Shown: positions 10,007 to 19,899 of the stretch, in pieces | How positions within the stretch are numbered: position 1 is the stretch's first letter | How the letters are laid out: every line of letters begins with the position of its first letter | Virus record (IMG/VR): IMGVR_UViG_3300037483_001012 | Location: 32,001 to 96,000 of that record | Source: a virus | Strand: one strand, 5' to 3' | Length of the DNA: 64,000 nt | Notes under the pieces: model-generated | The model's database searches: none | Told to the model about the DNA's origin: nothing | What the model saw: the letters and a program-made list of their open reading frames with translations, nothing else | Made by a program: the position numbers and the translations under genes

Positions 10007-10643
10007 TTTTGGCCTCCAACGCATCGAGTTCTGCGGCCAGGTCGACCATCGGAAAGATGCCAGGACCAAGTTCGGAACCCGGCGTCGCGTTGACCACGGT
10101 CAGGCCGCGCGCCGCCAGTTCCGGCTTGATCTCGGCAAAACGATCGCGGCGATCGGGAAAACTCGGCGGGCTGTAGGGCGGTCCGGAATTCTGAATTTCG
10201 GGTGGGTGCTCGCCGAACCAGTGGCTGCCGTGAAAATCGAACCCAACTAGGATATCGCGCGCCGCGCCGAAGTGGGCGGTGAGGTGAACCGCTTGATAGC
10301 CGCTATTCCCGCCGGAGCGGAGCGAGCCAGGATCTGGATCGAAGCCAGCGACCCCGCTATTGACCATGGTGAGCACGTCGGGGAATTCTGTTTCGTCGAG
10401 ACCGATCTTGAGGCCGCGGAACCCGGGGAGCCCACGGTGCAGCCGCCACCATCGGGCGTCGCACGCGTAACATAGATCGGCGAACCAGCACGGATAGACG
10501 GCATCGTTGATGGCGATGACCCGGATAAGATCCCGGGCCCGCGCCATTCCGATAAGACGGGCCTGAGCCGCGGAAAAAGAGCTGCCGCCTGCAACTATGC
10601 AGACGGCAGCGTCTTTCCAAATCGGCTCAGCTCGGTACCGCAT
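9996..10643 (-). CDS. MAF/DUF115-like (sialyltransferase-fold) putative sugar transferase
   Basis: CIVAGGSS, VIAIND, NSGYQAVHL, ILVGFD, VVNAT motifs. Confidence 0.6.
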   Translation of the reverse strand: MRYRAEPIWKDAAVCIVAGGSSFSAAQARLIGMARARDLIRVIAINDAVYPCWFADLCYACDARWWRLHRGLPGFRGLKIGLDETEFPDVLTMVNSGVAGFDPDPGSLRSGGNSGYQAVHLTAHFGAARDILVGFDFHGSHWFGEHPPEIQNSGPPYSPPSFPDRRDRFAEIKPELAARGLTVVNATPGSELGPGIFPMVDLAAELDALEAKNAK

Positions 10644-11149
10644 TAGATCGGGCTGCCGACATTCCCGATCTTCAGCGACGAGGGCTGCCGGCTGTCGCCG
10701 AACAGCGCCATGATGGCGGCCCATTCGGCGGTGTCGGTACCGGACGCCGACAGGTTCGGCGTCGGCTGGACGCGGACGTAGCGGCCAGCACCGGACAGGT
10801 CGATATCGACCTCGGCGACGCCGGTCTCGGTCGAACCGCCGGAGTCGCCGGTGGCGACGGTGGTGGTGGCGATACCGGTGCCGTAGTCGGCCATATCGCT
10901 GCCGTCCGCCAACGCGCCGCTCTGAACCTGAACGGCGAACTTGAGCGTTTCGGCACCGCCGAGCGTGGTCGTGAACGGAAGCATGAGCTTGGCCGACATG
11001 GCCAGGCCGCCTTCGGTCGGGTGTTTCCGATCGATCACGGCACCGTCGACTTCCGTATTGTCGCCGCTACCCGCGGCGGTCGCGGTCTTGTTGATGGCCA
11101 CGAAGGCCGAGCGGCAGTAGGCGCCGCCATTGAGCAATTCACTCCGCAT
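10643..11149 (-). CDS. putative capsid decoration/cement protein
   Basis: Beta-rich, Thr/Ser/Gly-rich, RYVRV motif; downstream of capsid gene. Confidence 0.55.
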   Translation of the reverse strand: MRSELLNGGAYCRSAFVAINKTATAAGSGDNTEVDGAVIDRKHPTEGGLAMSAKLMLPFTTTLGGAETLKFAVQVQSGALADGSDMADYGTGIATTTVATGDSGGSTETGVAEVDIDLSGAGRYVRVQPTPNLSASGTDTAEWAAIMALFGDSRQPSSLKIGNVGSPI

Positions 11150-11190
11150 CGGAGTTCTCCTTCAGCAAGGGGTTGGGGAATGGCGGACGA

Positions 11191-11640
11191 TTACTGGCCG
11201 GCGTTGCCGTCGGCGCTTCCGGTCTGGGGCTGCGCCCCGTCACCGGCCGTCTGCGCCGCGGCTTCCGCGCGACGTTTCAGTTCCGCCTCGAGGAATTCAT
11301 CCGCCGCTTCGGTGGGCGTCTGACCATCCTTCGGGGCAAAGTCGGGATTGAGCCTCTTCGCGAGATTCACCCGCTTGAGTGGGTGCAAATCCTTCCATCC
11401 GTCCGGGATGTCGGCGGTTTCATCGTCGATTTTCGCCGCCGGCTTGGAGACGGTGGCGCCGAGATCGGCAACGTTATGGGTTTCGACACCAGCCGGGATG
11501 TCGGCGAAATCGGCATCGCCGTCGGCGACGGCCTTGCGCGCCTTGTCGGGGGTGAGACCGATGATCTCGCCGGCCTGATAAGGAAGCGACGCACGCTTGA
11601 GTTTGACCGGCACAAAGCCGGTTTTCGTGACAACTTTCAT
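11191..11640 (-). CDS. hypothetical head-module protein
   Basis: Immediately downstream of capsid; AGEIIGL..DKA motif. Confidence 0.6.
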   Translation of the reverse strand: MKVVTKTGFVPVKLKRASLPYQAGEIIGLTPDKARKAVADGDADFADIPAGVETHNVADLGATVSKPAAKIDDETADIPDGWKDLHPLKRVNLAKRLNPDFAPKDGQTPTEAADEFLEAELKRRAEAAAQTAGDGAQPQTGSADGNAGQ

Positions 11641-11704
11641 GGCATCCGCCTGCGTTTGGTTTGGTGGACCGGGACGCCGGCAGGCGCCCCGGTATTATTC
11701 AGGG

Positions 11705-13042
11705 TTACGCGCCCCAGCGCACGGCCGTCAGGACGGAGACGGCTTCGAGGTAGCGGATATCGACGTCGTGCTCGGCCTCGGCCTTGATCAGCGTCACGCC
11801 ATCCTGGAAGGCGTTGATCGTCTGGCTGCCGTTCACCACGGTCGCGGTGTCCGAAATCGCCAGTTGGATCGCCATCGAGTCGCCGAACATCACGTGGCCG
11901 AAGGCGATGAGATAGAGCTCGGATTCGTCGGTGCCGCCGCCCAGGTTGCTCGGGATCTGGGTGGTGACGCGAACCGTCCGCATGCGCCAGGTCGGGGTGG
12001 CCATCGACAATTCCGGGTAGATCCGGTTGCCGTTGCCGTCGCGCATGTTCTGCAGGTACTTGAACACGCGCGGGGACATGCGCCATTCGATGCCGAGCGG
12101 CGGGAGGTTAGCGTTCTCCATCCGCAGTTCGAGCTTCGCCGCGTCGGCCTCGACCTGCGCCACGGTGGGCGTCGTCGAGTTCGTCGCCGCAACGCGATAG
12201 ACGCCGACGATGTTGGTGATGCCGAGCGGCGAATCAACCCCGCCGGCGCCGCGGAACAGCGCGGAATCCATCGTGGTGCCCATCGCCGCGCTGAGGTCAC
12301 GCTCGACCCAGCCACGCAGTCCGGTGACGTTCCAGCGCAGAAGCTGGTTCGAAACCGGGACGATGCCGGCCAGCAACTTGGCCGACATATTGATCGATTT
12401 GAAGCTCGGCTGGGAAACGGCCGCCGCCTTGGTCTCGCCGCGATACGCCGCGGTCGAGCCCGCCGCAGCCGCCGGCTGCTTGTAGGTGCCGTTCTGCATC
12501 GGCAGGATGATCGGATTGCCCTGCAGGAAGGTCGTGTTCGGGCGGAGGATGTCGAGCATGTCGGTCGACATCGCCTCCGGCAGCAACACGCCGCCGGCCG
12601 TGGCATTGGCCGAATTCAACGTGCGCTGCTTCGAGCCGTTGAACTGAGCCGCTTCGAACTCACGCGCCACTTCGGCAAAGCCCATGGCCTCGAGAGCGCG
12701 GAAGGTCGGCTTGGCACCGCGCACGCCCTCTTCGCTATAGGCGCGAAGCATGGCGCACGCCACCAGGCCGATCTTTTCGGCCGGCACGAGCGTCTTCTTC
12801 GGTTCGGCCGGAGCGCCTTGGCTCGCCGGCTCGACGCGTTCCTGCGCGCCGGTGGCGAGACGGGCGCGCGCGGTCTCTGCATTTTCGAGGGTTTTGATCT
12901 CGGCCTCGATCTTCTCGGCTTCGGTCGTAAGGTCGCCAGCCGACTTGATCTGCTCGGCGGACAACGTTTCGGCGTCGTTCAGGGCCTTGAGCGCCTCGGC
13001 AATTTCTTTCAACCGGGCGCGCAGTTTCTCCAGGTGCTTCAT
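11705..13042 (-). CDS. major capsid protein (HK97 fold)
   Basis: Coiled-coil delta domain, GGVLLP, RDGNGNRIY, FGD, NAFQ; RBS CAGGAG. Confidence 0.93.
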   Translation of the reverse strand: MKHLEKLRARLKEIAEALKALNDAETLSAEQIKSAGDLTTEAEKIEAEIKTLENAETARARLATGAQERVEPASQGAPAEPKKTLVPAEKIGLVACAMLRAYSEEGVRGAKPTFRALEAMGFAEVAREFEAAQFNGSKQRTLNSANATAGGVLLPEAMSTDMLDILRPNTTFLQGNPIILPMQNGTYKQPAAAAGSTAAYRGETKAAAVSQPSFKSINMSAKLLAGIVPVSNQLLRWNVTGLRGWVERDLSAAMGTTMDSALFRGAGGVDSPLGITNIVGVYRVAATNSTTPTVAQVEADAAKLELRMENANLPPLGIEWRMSPRVFKYLQNMRDGNGNRIYPELSMATPTWRMRTVRVTTQIPSNLGGGTDESELYLIAFGHVMFGDSMAIQLAISDTATVVNGSQTINAFQDGVTLIKAEAEHDVDIRYLEAVSVLTAVRWGA

Positions 13043-13064
13043 GGGGGTCTCCTGTGGCACCAAT

Positions 13065-13090
13065 AAAAAAGGCGCCTTCTCGGCGCCTTC
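13065..13090 (-). terminator. intrinsic terminator-like hairpin just upstream of capsid RBS
   Basis: AAGGCGCC-GAGAA-GGCGCCTT plus T run on minus strand. Confidence 0.55.
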
Positions 13091-13144
13091 ATTCCCTCGG
13101 TTAGCCCGGTCGGGATCGGTAACGGGCGACGTCGCCCGAAATTC

Positions 13145-14641
13145 TCAGGTGATGACGCCGTTCGCCTTCATGCGGGCGAGCGCAGCGCCGGTCGCGGCTT
13201 TCGCCGCCGCGATGGCTTCGGCGCTGGGCGGCGCCGGCTCATTGAACGTCGGCTCGACGCGGTCGGATTTCGTTGCGGCCGTGCCGAGCGCCTTCGAAAT
13301 CATCTCGGCCACGGACCGAAGGACGCCCATCGCAACGGGCTCGTGGTCAATCTTGGGGGCATTCTCTTCGGCCGACTTTTCGGGCTTTTCCGGCTCTTCG
13401 GCCTTATTGAGTTTGCTCATCTTTTTGTTGATGGCATCGATCTGGGCTTCGGTAATGCCCGGAACGGCCAGGGTTTGGTCCGGCCGGCCGTTGGCGCTAC
13501 GAACCTGAATTCGCTCGGAGCCCGAGACCATCAGGTCCTTCCGCTCGGGCGAAAGCAGATCCTGCGCCATCTCACGCTCGATAATAACGGTGTCGCCCTT
13601 CTCGATCGACGACAGCAGCGCCTCGACGGTTGCTTCGACCGACGGCTTTTCCGCCTGCCAGCCTTTCTCACCACGCTCGAGCGCGGGCGCATATTCGTGC
13701 GCCAGCGCATAGGTCCGCTTGTCGTCGGCCGCCTTGGTCTCAATGACATAGTTGACCTTCGCGGTCGCAGGGAGGTCGCCGAAATGCTTCCACTTCCCAT
13801 CGACAACCTTCAGCAGCGCCTTGACGTCGCCTTCGACCGCGGCGGTGGCGCCGGCGAGCGCCGGGGCCAGCTTTGCCACCTCGAATTCGATCGAGGCGAT
13901 ATCGGCCGCGTTCTTTTGCTCGTCGGTCACCGGCAACTGGACCTGTGACTTTTCCTCGACGACGGTGCGATACGCCGCCTCGTAATCCTTGCGCGGCATC
14001 AAGAGCCCGGCCGGGCTGCGAGACCAGTTGTCGAGGACGTCCTCAATCAGCTCCTTGGCGAGCCGCATATCGCCGCCGGCGCTTTTGGCCAATGCACCGG
14101 GATTTGCCGGAATCGCACAAATTGAGCATTCAACAAGTTCGCTCTTGACGAAGCGGTAGCCCTGCCAATTTCCCTCGTCGTCGACGATCATTTCGACTTC
14201 GTTCCAATCCGGAACAAAGCCGATGGAACAGGCTCTGATGCCACCGTTAGCCAGCATCCATTCCGTCTCTTCGATTTCCTTGATGGGGCCGTCGGCCGGC
14301 AAGAGAATGAAGTCGCCCTCCAGGCGCGCGGGGCGCCCCTTGAGCACCTTTTCCAGGTTGTCCCATTTCGCAACCGGCCAGGTGCGGCTCATATGAAACA
14401 ACAGCCCGACCGGATTGCGCTCAAACTCGGTCGTATCGACGCCGTCCGTCATGACGATGTCGCCGTAGCGATCGGCTTGCTGCGTCGACATCACAAAACG
14501 AGCCGACCGCGCCTCCTTGTCCCACGACGGCGGGGCCTTGAATGCTTTCACGATCGCGGTGCCACGATCGGTCTCCCGCGTGTGGTCCTTGCGCTTGGCC
14601 ATCGCCTCGTCGGCGGAGACCCGCTTTGTCTTCATCGGCAT
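13145..14641 (-). CDS. prohead protease (HK97 family) with long C-terminal extension
   Basis: DRYGDIV, NPVGLLFH, SIGF, ELVECSICAIPANP. Confidence 0.88.
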   Translation of the reverse strand: MPMKTKRVSADEAMAKRKDHTRETDRGTAIVKAFKAPPSWDKEARSARFVMSTQQADRYGDIVMTDGVDTTEFERNPVGLLFHMSRTWPVAKWDNLEKVLKGRPARLEGDFILLPADGPIKEIEETEWMLANGGIRACSIGFVPDWNEVEMIVDDEGNWQGYRFVKSELVECSICAIPANPGALAKSAGGDMRLAKELIEDVLDNWSRSPAGLLMPRKDYEAAYRTVVEEKSQVQLPVTDEQKNAADIASIEFEVAKLAPALAGATAAVEGDVKALLKVVDGKWKHFGDLPATAKVNYVIETKAADDKRTYALAHEYAPALERGEKGWQAEKPSVEATVEALLSSIEKGDTVIIEREMAQDLLSPERKDLMVSGSERIQVRSANGRPDQTLAVPGITEAQIDAINKKMSKLNKAEEPEKPEKSAEENAPKIDHEPVAMGVLRSVAEMISKALGTAATKSDRVEPTFNEPAPPSAEAIAAAKAATGAALARMKANGVIT

Positions 14642-14654
14642 GGCTATCGCTCCA

Positions 14655-16037
14655 TTATGAGTTGTCGGCGACCAGCCGCAGCGCGGGCTGTCCGTCCTTC
14701 TCTGGCTCTTCATCGGTCTTGTCGGCCGGCTCTTCCTTGACAGCCTGGCCGCCGATGATCACCTCGCCGCCACGGTCGACGACATTCATGTTGACCGGGA
14801 TCAGGCGGGCCTGGCCCTGCTTATTCGGCAGCGGGTTGAAGCCAAGGCGGCCGCGGAATTCGTCGATCTCAATGCCGCCGCGCTCGAGCGCTTTCGTCAG
14901 CCGCTCGGTTTCGGCCTTGGTGTCCTTCACCATCAGGGCTTCGCGGTCGTGCAGGAAAAACAGGCCGCGGCGCCGATCTTCCTTGGAAAGCAGCGTCTTT
15001 TTGTACCGGTCTTCGTGCCGCTTGCAGATCGGGATCATCGTGTCGCCGACGTAGGCCTTCTCCATCGTCTCGAGGTTTTCGTACTTCACACCCTCGAGAT
15101 GAAAGAGCTTGTGCGGTGGGATGCGAAACAGCCGGCCGGTCGCGACGATCTGCGCAGCGAATTGTTCGCTGAGTTCGGCCTCCTGCGGGTTGACGGAAAT
15201 CTTTTCAAACTTGACCCCGCCCTCAAGCACGATTGGCTCGTTGGTCTGCGCCGAGCGCGTCATCAGCGCGCGGAACTGCTGCTTCAAACGATCAAAAAGA
15301 ACATCCGGCAGCGCCTCCAGAGAGTCCGGGCGCGTGAACACGCCGCGAATCTGGCCGTCGTCGTCGAACAGCCTTTCGCGGTATTTGTCGATCGCGGTCC
15401 CGACGTCGAGCGTCTTCTGCCCGACCTCCATAGTGGAATAGCCGTCCATGCCGTCGAACATGCGGCCGCGGACATGGATCATGTCGCGTTCCGGGACCGT
15501 GATCATCCCGGCGCCGAGCAGCGCCATCTCCTGCTGCGTCGTGGCGGTGATGTCGTAGAATAGTTCCGAGCCGTAGATGCGCTCGGTGATCCGGCCGGTC
15601 TGCAATGGGATGAGCGCGATCGGACTGCCGAGCCGATCCCTCTTCACAATGGCCAGCGAGTTCTGGGTGGCGGCGTGCCAAAGCCCCATCATCTCGACGA
15701 ATTCGGTCCAGGTATGCCGCTGGTTCGGCTCGTCAGCGAGCAGCGCAGCGACCTCATGCTCTTTCGGGGCGAGAACCCTGGGCGTGCCGTTCGGCTGCAT
15801 CTCACACAGGTGCAGTGGCGCCTTGCCCATATCCTGCGAGATGATGTCGCAACACAGCAAGAAAGCGGCCTGCTGCAGCGCTGATTTTAGGGTCAGGTGC
15901 CCAAATGTCGTCTGATACCACTGCGCAAACTCGACCATATTCATATCGGCCGAATGTTCTTTCGTGACCAGCTCCATCGACCGTGCGTGGTCCGCGCTTG
16001 ACGGAGTTCCACCCATCATATCGACGAGGTCAGCCAT
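14655..16037 (-). CDS. portal protein (HK97 family)
   Basis: EPNQRHT, MIHVRG..DG..G.S, VLEGG, FRIPPH. Confidence 0.92.
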   Translation of the reverse strand: MADLVDMMGGTPSSADHARSMELVTKEHSADMNMVEFAQWYQTTFGHLTLKSALQQAAFLLCCDIISQDMGKAPLHLCEMQPNGTPRVLAPKEHEVAALLADEPNQRHTWTEFVEMMGLWHAATQNSLAIVKRDRLGSPIALIPLQTGRITERIYGSELFYDITATTQQEMALLGAGMITVPERDMIHVRGRMFDGMDGYSTMEVGQKTLDVGTAIDKYRERLFDDDGQIRGVFTRPDSLEALPDVLFDRLKQQFRALMTRSAQTNEPIVLEGGVKFEKISVNPQEAELSEQFAAQIVATGRLFRIPPHKLFHLEGVKYENLETMEKAYVGDTMIPICKRHEDRYKKTLLSKEDRRRGLFFLHDREALMVKDTKAETERLTKALERGGIEIDEFRGRLGFNPLPNKQGQARLIPVNMNVVDRGGEVIIGGQAVKEEPADKTDEEPEKDGQPALRLVADNS

Positions 16038-18000
16038 TCGGTTTTGCCTCTTCATATCCGAGCAACTTCCCGCGCAGCACGAACGGGTCTATTGTCTTCT
16101 TCTCGTCGCCATCCGGCGTCTTGGCGTGGTTCGGTTCCATCCTCACGCCATTCGCAAAACAGGTAGCGACGAAGCCGTCGATCTTGCGCTTGGAATTCTC
16201 CGACTCCTTGCGAGGCAGGATCAGGCCGTTGCCTCTACGATCGCCGTGGACGTTAGCGGCCATCCAGGCCATCACCGGATTTCCGTCATGCCAAATTGTC
16301 TGCGCCGCGATCCGGCCAAGAATGTCGTCGGTCGGCGGCGTCATCGTCGCCGCATTGTTGCTGTACGTCATCACTGGGCGCTGACCGTCCCAGAGATACT
16401 TGACCGTGTTATGGGCTTGATGCGGGTCGCATGCGATTACCTGGACATCGAATACGTCGCAAAAGGCATCGACTTCGTCGCGCACCATCTCATGATCGGC
16501 GAGCGGACCTGGCGTCAGCGTAAGCCACCCCTCCTCGGCCCAAATTCTAAGCTGGTCTGAAAGGTCCGGGTCCTGCGCAGTTGGAGACTCGGCCGGCAGA
16601 AAGAACTTCGCGAACATCGCCATCGTGTCGTTCGGCAGCATGAAGAGCAGCACGATCGCGCACATATCCAGAACTTGCGCCAGATCGACGCCGATCCAGC
16701 ACTTTGCGCCAAAGAAATCTTCAATCTGGATTGGCCGTTTGCACGCCATCCAGGATGCAAGGTCGATAAGCGCCTTGCCCTGCCCGGTCCAAACGTTGAA
16801 TCTGGTGCGTACGAACTCTGATCGAAGATCTGGCCGGCGCCGTGCCGTTTCCTTGTCGGCGTTCATCTTGATCGGATCGAGGCTTACCCGATACATCGGG
16901 TTGCATTTGGCCATCAACCGATCGAAGTGCGACCCGAATATCTTGTCGTACTCGATCGCCTTCGTTTCCTTGTGGCGATAGTCGTCGTCGTCGAGTTCAT
17001 AGATCGCCGCGAAGAATGTGAAGTCCTCCGACTTTCCTTCGAGCACCATGATGGCCTCGAGCCGCAGTTCGTATCCTGGACCTTCCGGCCGGTAGCCGGC
17101 CGTGGTGATCATTCTCAGCAGCGCATTTGGCCTCGCGCCGAAGGCTGAATTGACCACCCGATATACCGTCGCGGCGCCGGCGTGCCCTTCTTCGAAAATA
17201 GCAAGCGATGGATTGAGACCGTCTTGTCTCTCGCCTTGCGATGAAAGTTTGAAGATTCGGCCTTCCCCGCAACGTATTTCATCCGTTGTTACTTTGAGCC
17301 GATACCTCTCCACGAGTTCTGGCTCGTTGTTCACCATCTTGACGAGATCGCCGTAGAGCGTGTCGTCCGCCTGTCTACTGGTCGATGCCGCGATTGGAAT
17401 TTCTGGCGCAAGCTGTCCGGAACAGCAGAGGTCGAACAGCGCGGCCGGCACAGCTCTTAAACTTTTTGCATTTTTTCTGGGTAAGATTTCCAGCGCCTTT
17501 GTCACGAGGCGCTCGCCTGTCAGGCGCCGGCGAAACCCTTGGATCGCAGACTCAATCCAGATTTGGAACGGCTCGAGGATGATGAACTGGTTGACCGTGC
17601 CATCATCGCTTCTCTGGGTGTATTCCCAACTGCCGCTCTCGAAGTGTCGAAGTTTTTCGATGAATGCGCAGTAGTCGACGACATGCGCTGGCGAAAAATA
17701 GAAAAGACACGACTCGGTCTCCGCCATCTTGAGCATGCGGAGATATCGCTCGGCGGCCAGCACGACGTAACGGCACACCGGGTTGGTTCCGGCCACGCAC
17801 GCCTCGGCATATCGCTTTGCGATTGCCGGATAGTCCGTGAATTCCTGCTTCTGTGTCTCCACGCCATCATGAACATCCAAGACGAGCGGAGGCAGGTCAG
17901 CGAAGTGGGCGCGCCGCAGATACACGACTTGAGAATCCGCAGGAGGCGAATTTATTTGTCTTCCCCCCGGGGTTCGCGATCGCTGGTGCGTCATCGGCAA
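16030..18000 (-). CDS. terL: terminase large subunit
   Basis: LEPFQ, PRKNAKS, DGLNPS, ITTAG, GVDLA, KIDG. Confidence 0.93.
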   Translation of the reverse strand: MPMTHQRSRTPGGRQINSPPADSQVVYLRRAHFADLPPLVLDVHDGVETQKQEFTDYPAIAKRYAEACVAGTNPVCRYVVLAAERYLRMLKMAETESCLFYFSPAHVVDYCAFIEKLRHFESGSWEYTQRSDDGTVNQFIILEPFQIWIESAIQGFRRRLTGERLVTKALEILPRKNAKSLRAVPAALFDLCCSGQLAPEIPIAASTSRQADDTLYGDLVKMVNNEPELVERYRLKVTTDEIRCGEGRIFKLSSQGERQDGLNPSLAIFEEGHAGAATVYRVVNSAFGARPNALLRMITTAGYRPEGPGYELRLEAIMVLEGKSEDFTFFAAIYELDDDDYRHKETKAIEYDKIFGSHFDRLMAKCNPMYRVSLDPIKMNADKETARRRPDLRSEFVRTRFNVWTGQGKALIDLASWMACKRPIQIEDFFGAKCWIGVDLAQVLDMCAIVLLFMLPNDTMAMFAKFFLPAESPTAQDPDLSDQLRIWAEEGWLTLTPGPLADHEMVRDEVDAFCDVFDVQVIACDPHQAHNTVKYLWDGQRPVMTYSNNAATMTPPTDDILGRIAAQTIWHDGNPVMAWMAANVHGDRRGNGLILPRKESENSKRKIDGFVATCFANGVRMEPNHAKTPDGDEKKTIDPFVLRGKLLGYEEAKPNG

Positions 18001-18364
18001 TCTTCAATTGACCAAGTGCTCTTTGCATCTGCGTCGATAGCGATGCCGGCACTGATTTTCCAGCGGCCATCCGCCGTTGCATCTCCTGGTGCAGGAACGC
18101 GACCTGCTCGACCAGCATCCGGGTGACTGACGTGAGCTTGTTTGAATCGAACAGGATGCGCGCCAGTTCGTGATATTTATCCAGGCCGGCTTTATCGAAC
18201 GGAAGCTCAGGTTCTGGAATCGTCTTGAGCCATGGCCCGGTGACAACGGTGGCCGCCGCGGCTGCGTCACGCAATGCGTCGGAGCGATCGGCGCGGAACG
18301 TCCCGCGCTTCTTGCGCTCCTCGTCGCTCAGGCGACTGCTGCCGCCGGATCCTTTGCCGCCCAT
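17897..18364 (-). CDS. terS: terminase small subunit
   Basis: MGGKGSGG..KKRGTFRADR N-terminus of P27-type TerS; upstream of terL. Confidence 0.8.
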   Translation of the reverse strand: MGGKGSGGSSRLSDEERKKRGTFRADRSDALRDAAAAATVVTGPWLKTIPEPELPFDKAGLDKYHELARILFDSNKLTSVTRMLVEQVAFLHQEMQRRMAAGKSVPASLSTQMQRALGQLKIADDAPAIANPGGKTNKFASCGFSSRVSAARPLR

Positions 18365-18395
18365 ACTGCGCCTCGATCGGATCGGCCGACAGCGA

Positions 18396-19079
18396 TCATG
18401 TCGGCGGTCCCGCTTCCACGTACATCATGCGAGAGAATTCACGACCCCAATCCGCCGCATATGCGCAGTCTTTGTACCTTTCGAAGTACGGACCGCCTTC
18501 TGTGAAGTGCAGATTTGCGATTTCTTCTGGCGGAACATTTGGATCATAGCCTACGAGATGGTTCCAGCGATGCGGGATTTCGCCGATCAGATCCTCGTTC
18601 TCCAGCCATTTGAAGCGATGAAGCTCGAGCCCGGTCGCGGTGTTGACGTATTCCGGCGTGAGCGCGCGGCACATCGCGCAATTCATCAGCATCACGCTTG
18701 ACCAGTTTTTCATCGGGTAGGTGGTCTGAACGTTGCCAAGGAACTTCTTCGTTCCGGTCGGAACATGATTGTGCTTGACCACCTGCACAGAAAAGTTTTG
18801 GTCTCGAAGGGCCCACAGTTCGGCGACATCGCTCAACACAAGCATGTCGCAATCCATAACAATTGCCCATCCCTCATAATTGCAAAGGGACGGAACTAGA
18901 AAACGCGAAAACGAAAAGTCCGTCGACTGAAGAGGGTCGCGCGGCCGCGTCATTCTCAATTGCGAAAGCATCAACGGGGTAATTTGTACGGGGCAACTCG
19001 CGCGCGCGTGAATGGAGTGAGACAGGACATGGAACGCAACCGCTTCTCTTGGATCATAGCCGATGAAAACGCGTATCAT
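18396..19079 (-). CDS. glycosyltransferase, GT-A fold (GT8/plant CDI-like)
   Basis: FIGYDPRE, STDFSFSRFLVP, DCD (DxD), KNWSSVML, LHFTEGGP. Confidence 0.8.
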   Translation of the reverse strand: MIRVFIGYDPREAVAFHVLSHSIHARASCPVQITPLMLSQLRMTRPRDPLQSTDFSFSRFLVPSLCNYEGWAIVMDCDMLVLSDVAELWALRDQNFSVQVVKHNHVPTGTKKFLGNVQTTYPMKNWSSVMLMNCAMCRALTPEYVNTATGLELHRFKWLENEDLIGEIPHRWNHLVGYDPNVPPEEIANLHFTEGGPYFERYKDCAYAADWGREFSRMMYVEAGPPT

Positions 19080-19113
19080 GTAAGGCCTCGCGCGTATTCA
19101 TCGAGCAACCACA

Positions 19114-19896
19114 TCATCGAACGAATTGATTGCGCGGCGTGTAATGGAAGACGTCTATGGGATGAAGCTGTGACCAAATATCCCTACAATGTTGACACGG
19201 CATCCACTTCCCGCAAGCCGGCGGCATCGCAATGTTCCTATGCCCTGGATAACCAAGGATGTTTGGATCTCCGACACCACCGAACAGCACCGTGGCGTTA
19301 TTGATCCGAAGCGCCGCATTCGCATGATGCAGGCCGCCATCCGGCAGCACACACCACCGAACAAGCCTCATGACGGCTGCGGCCTGCCGAAAAGTCGGCG
19401 TCTCGATGAAGCGCGCGCCCTCCAACGGTACCGTGTCAGACGGGCCGATCTGAAGCGGAACGAGGCCGTAGTGCTTTACGATTGCAACAAGCTCTTGCCA
19501 CTTGTCGACGCCCCATTGCTTGTTCGGATTGGCGACCGACTTCAGCGTCGGCTCGATAAGGAAAAGCCTCTGCTCACTACCGACTGCTCTTTCGGCGAAC
19601 TCCAATTCAGTAACGTCAAGTTCGATAGCGCCGAGATGGTCGCGCGCGCGCCAATTGCTGAACTTTTGTCCACCCTCGCGGGAAAACGGATACGCGATGT
19701 ACGGCCGGCAGCCCGAGCCGTTTTTCAGGTCGATGAATGAACCGCTTTGGCCTGGCTGCAATATCCACGAAAGGCCGCGCCACATCTCAGACCAGCGCGG
19801 GGCACCGTGCTTATCGACGATGCGAATTATGTTTTCTGTGCGCCGGTGCTCGGAAAGAGCATGGCCGGAGGCCATAATTTCATCTCCGATTCCCAA
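19114..19896 (-). CDS. GT9-like (heptosyltransferase-fold) glycosyltransferase
   Basis: GIGD N-terminus, NKQW, DGGLHH..AAL, VLFGG, C-terminal Cys cluster. Confidence 0.72.
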   Translation of the reverse strand: MGIGDEIMASGHALSEHRRTENIIRIVDKHGAPRWSEMWRGLSWILQPGQSGSFIDLKNGSGCRPYIAYPFSREGGQKFSNWRARDHLGAIELDVTELEFAERAVGSEQRLFLIEPTLKSVANPNKQWGVDKWQELVAIVKHYGLVPLQIGPSDTVPLEGARFIETPTFRQAAAVMRLVRWCVLPDGGLHHANAALRINNATVLFGGVGDPNILGYPGHRNIAMPPACGKWMPCQHCRDIWSQLHPIDVFHYTPRNQFVR

Positions 19897-19899
19897 ATC

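Noticed and set aside
11597-13066. Long antisense ORFs (also 5904-6752, 7615-8520, 26253-27311, 33811-34998, 44620-45858, 59427-61009)
   Set aside because: Shadow frames of real genes in high-GC DNA; no motifs or RBS
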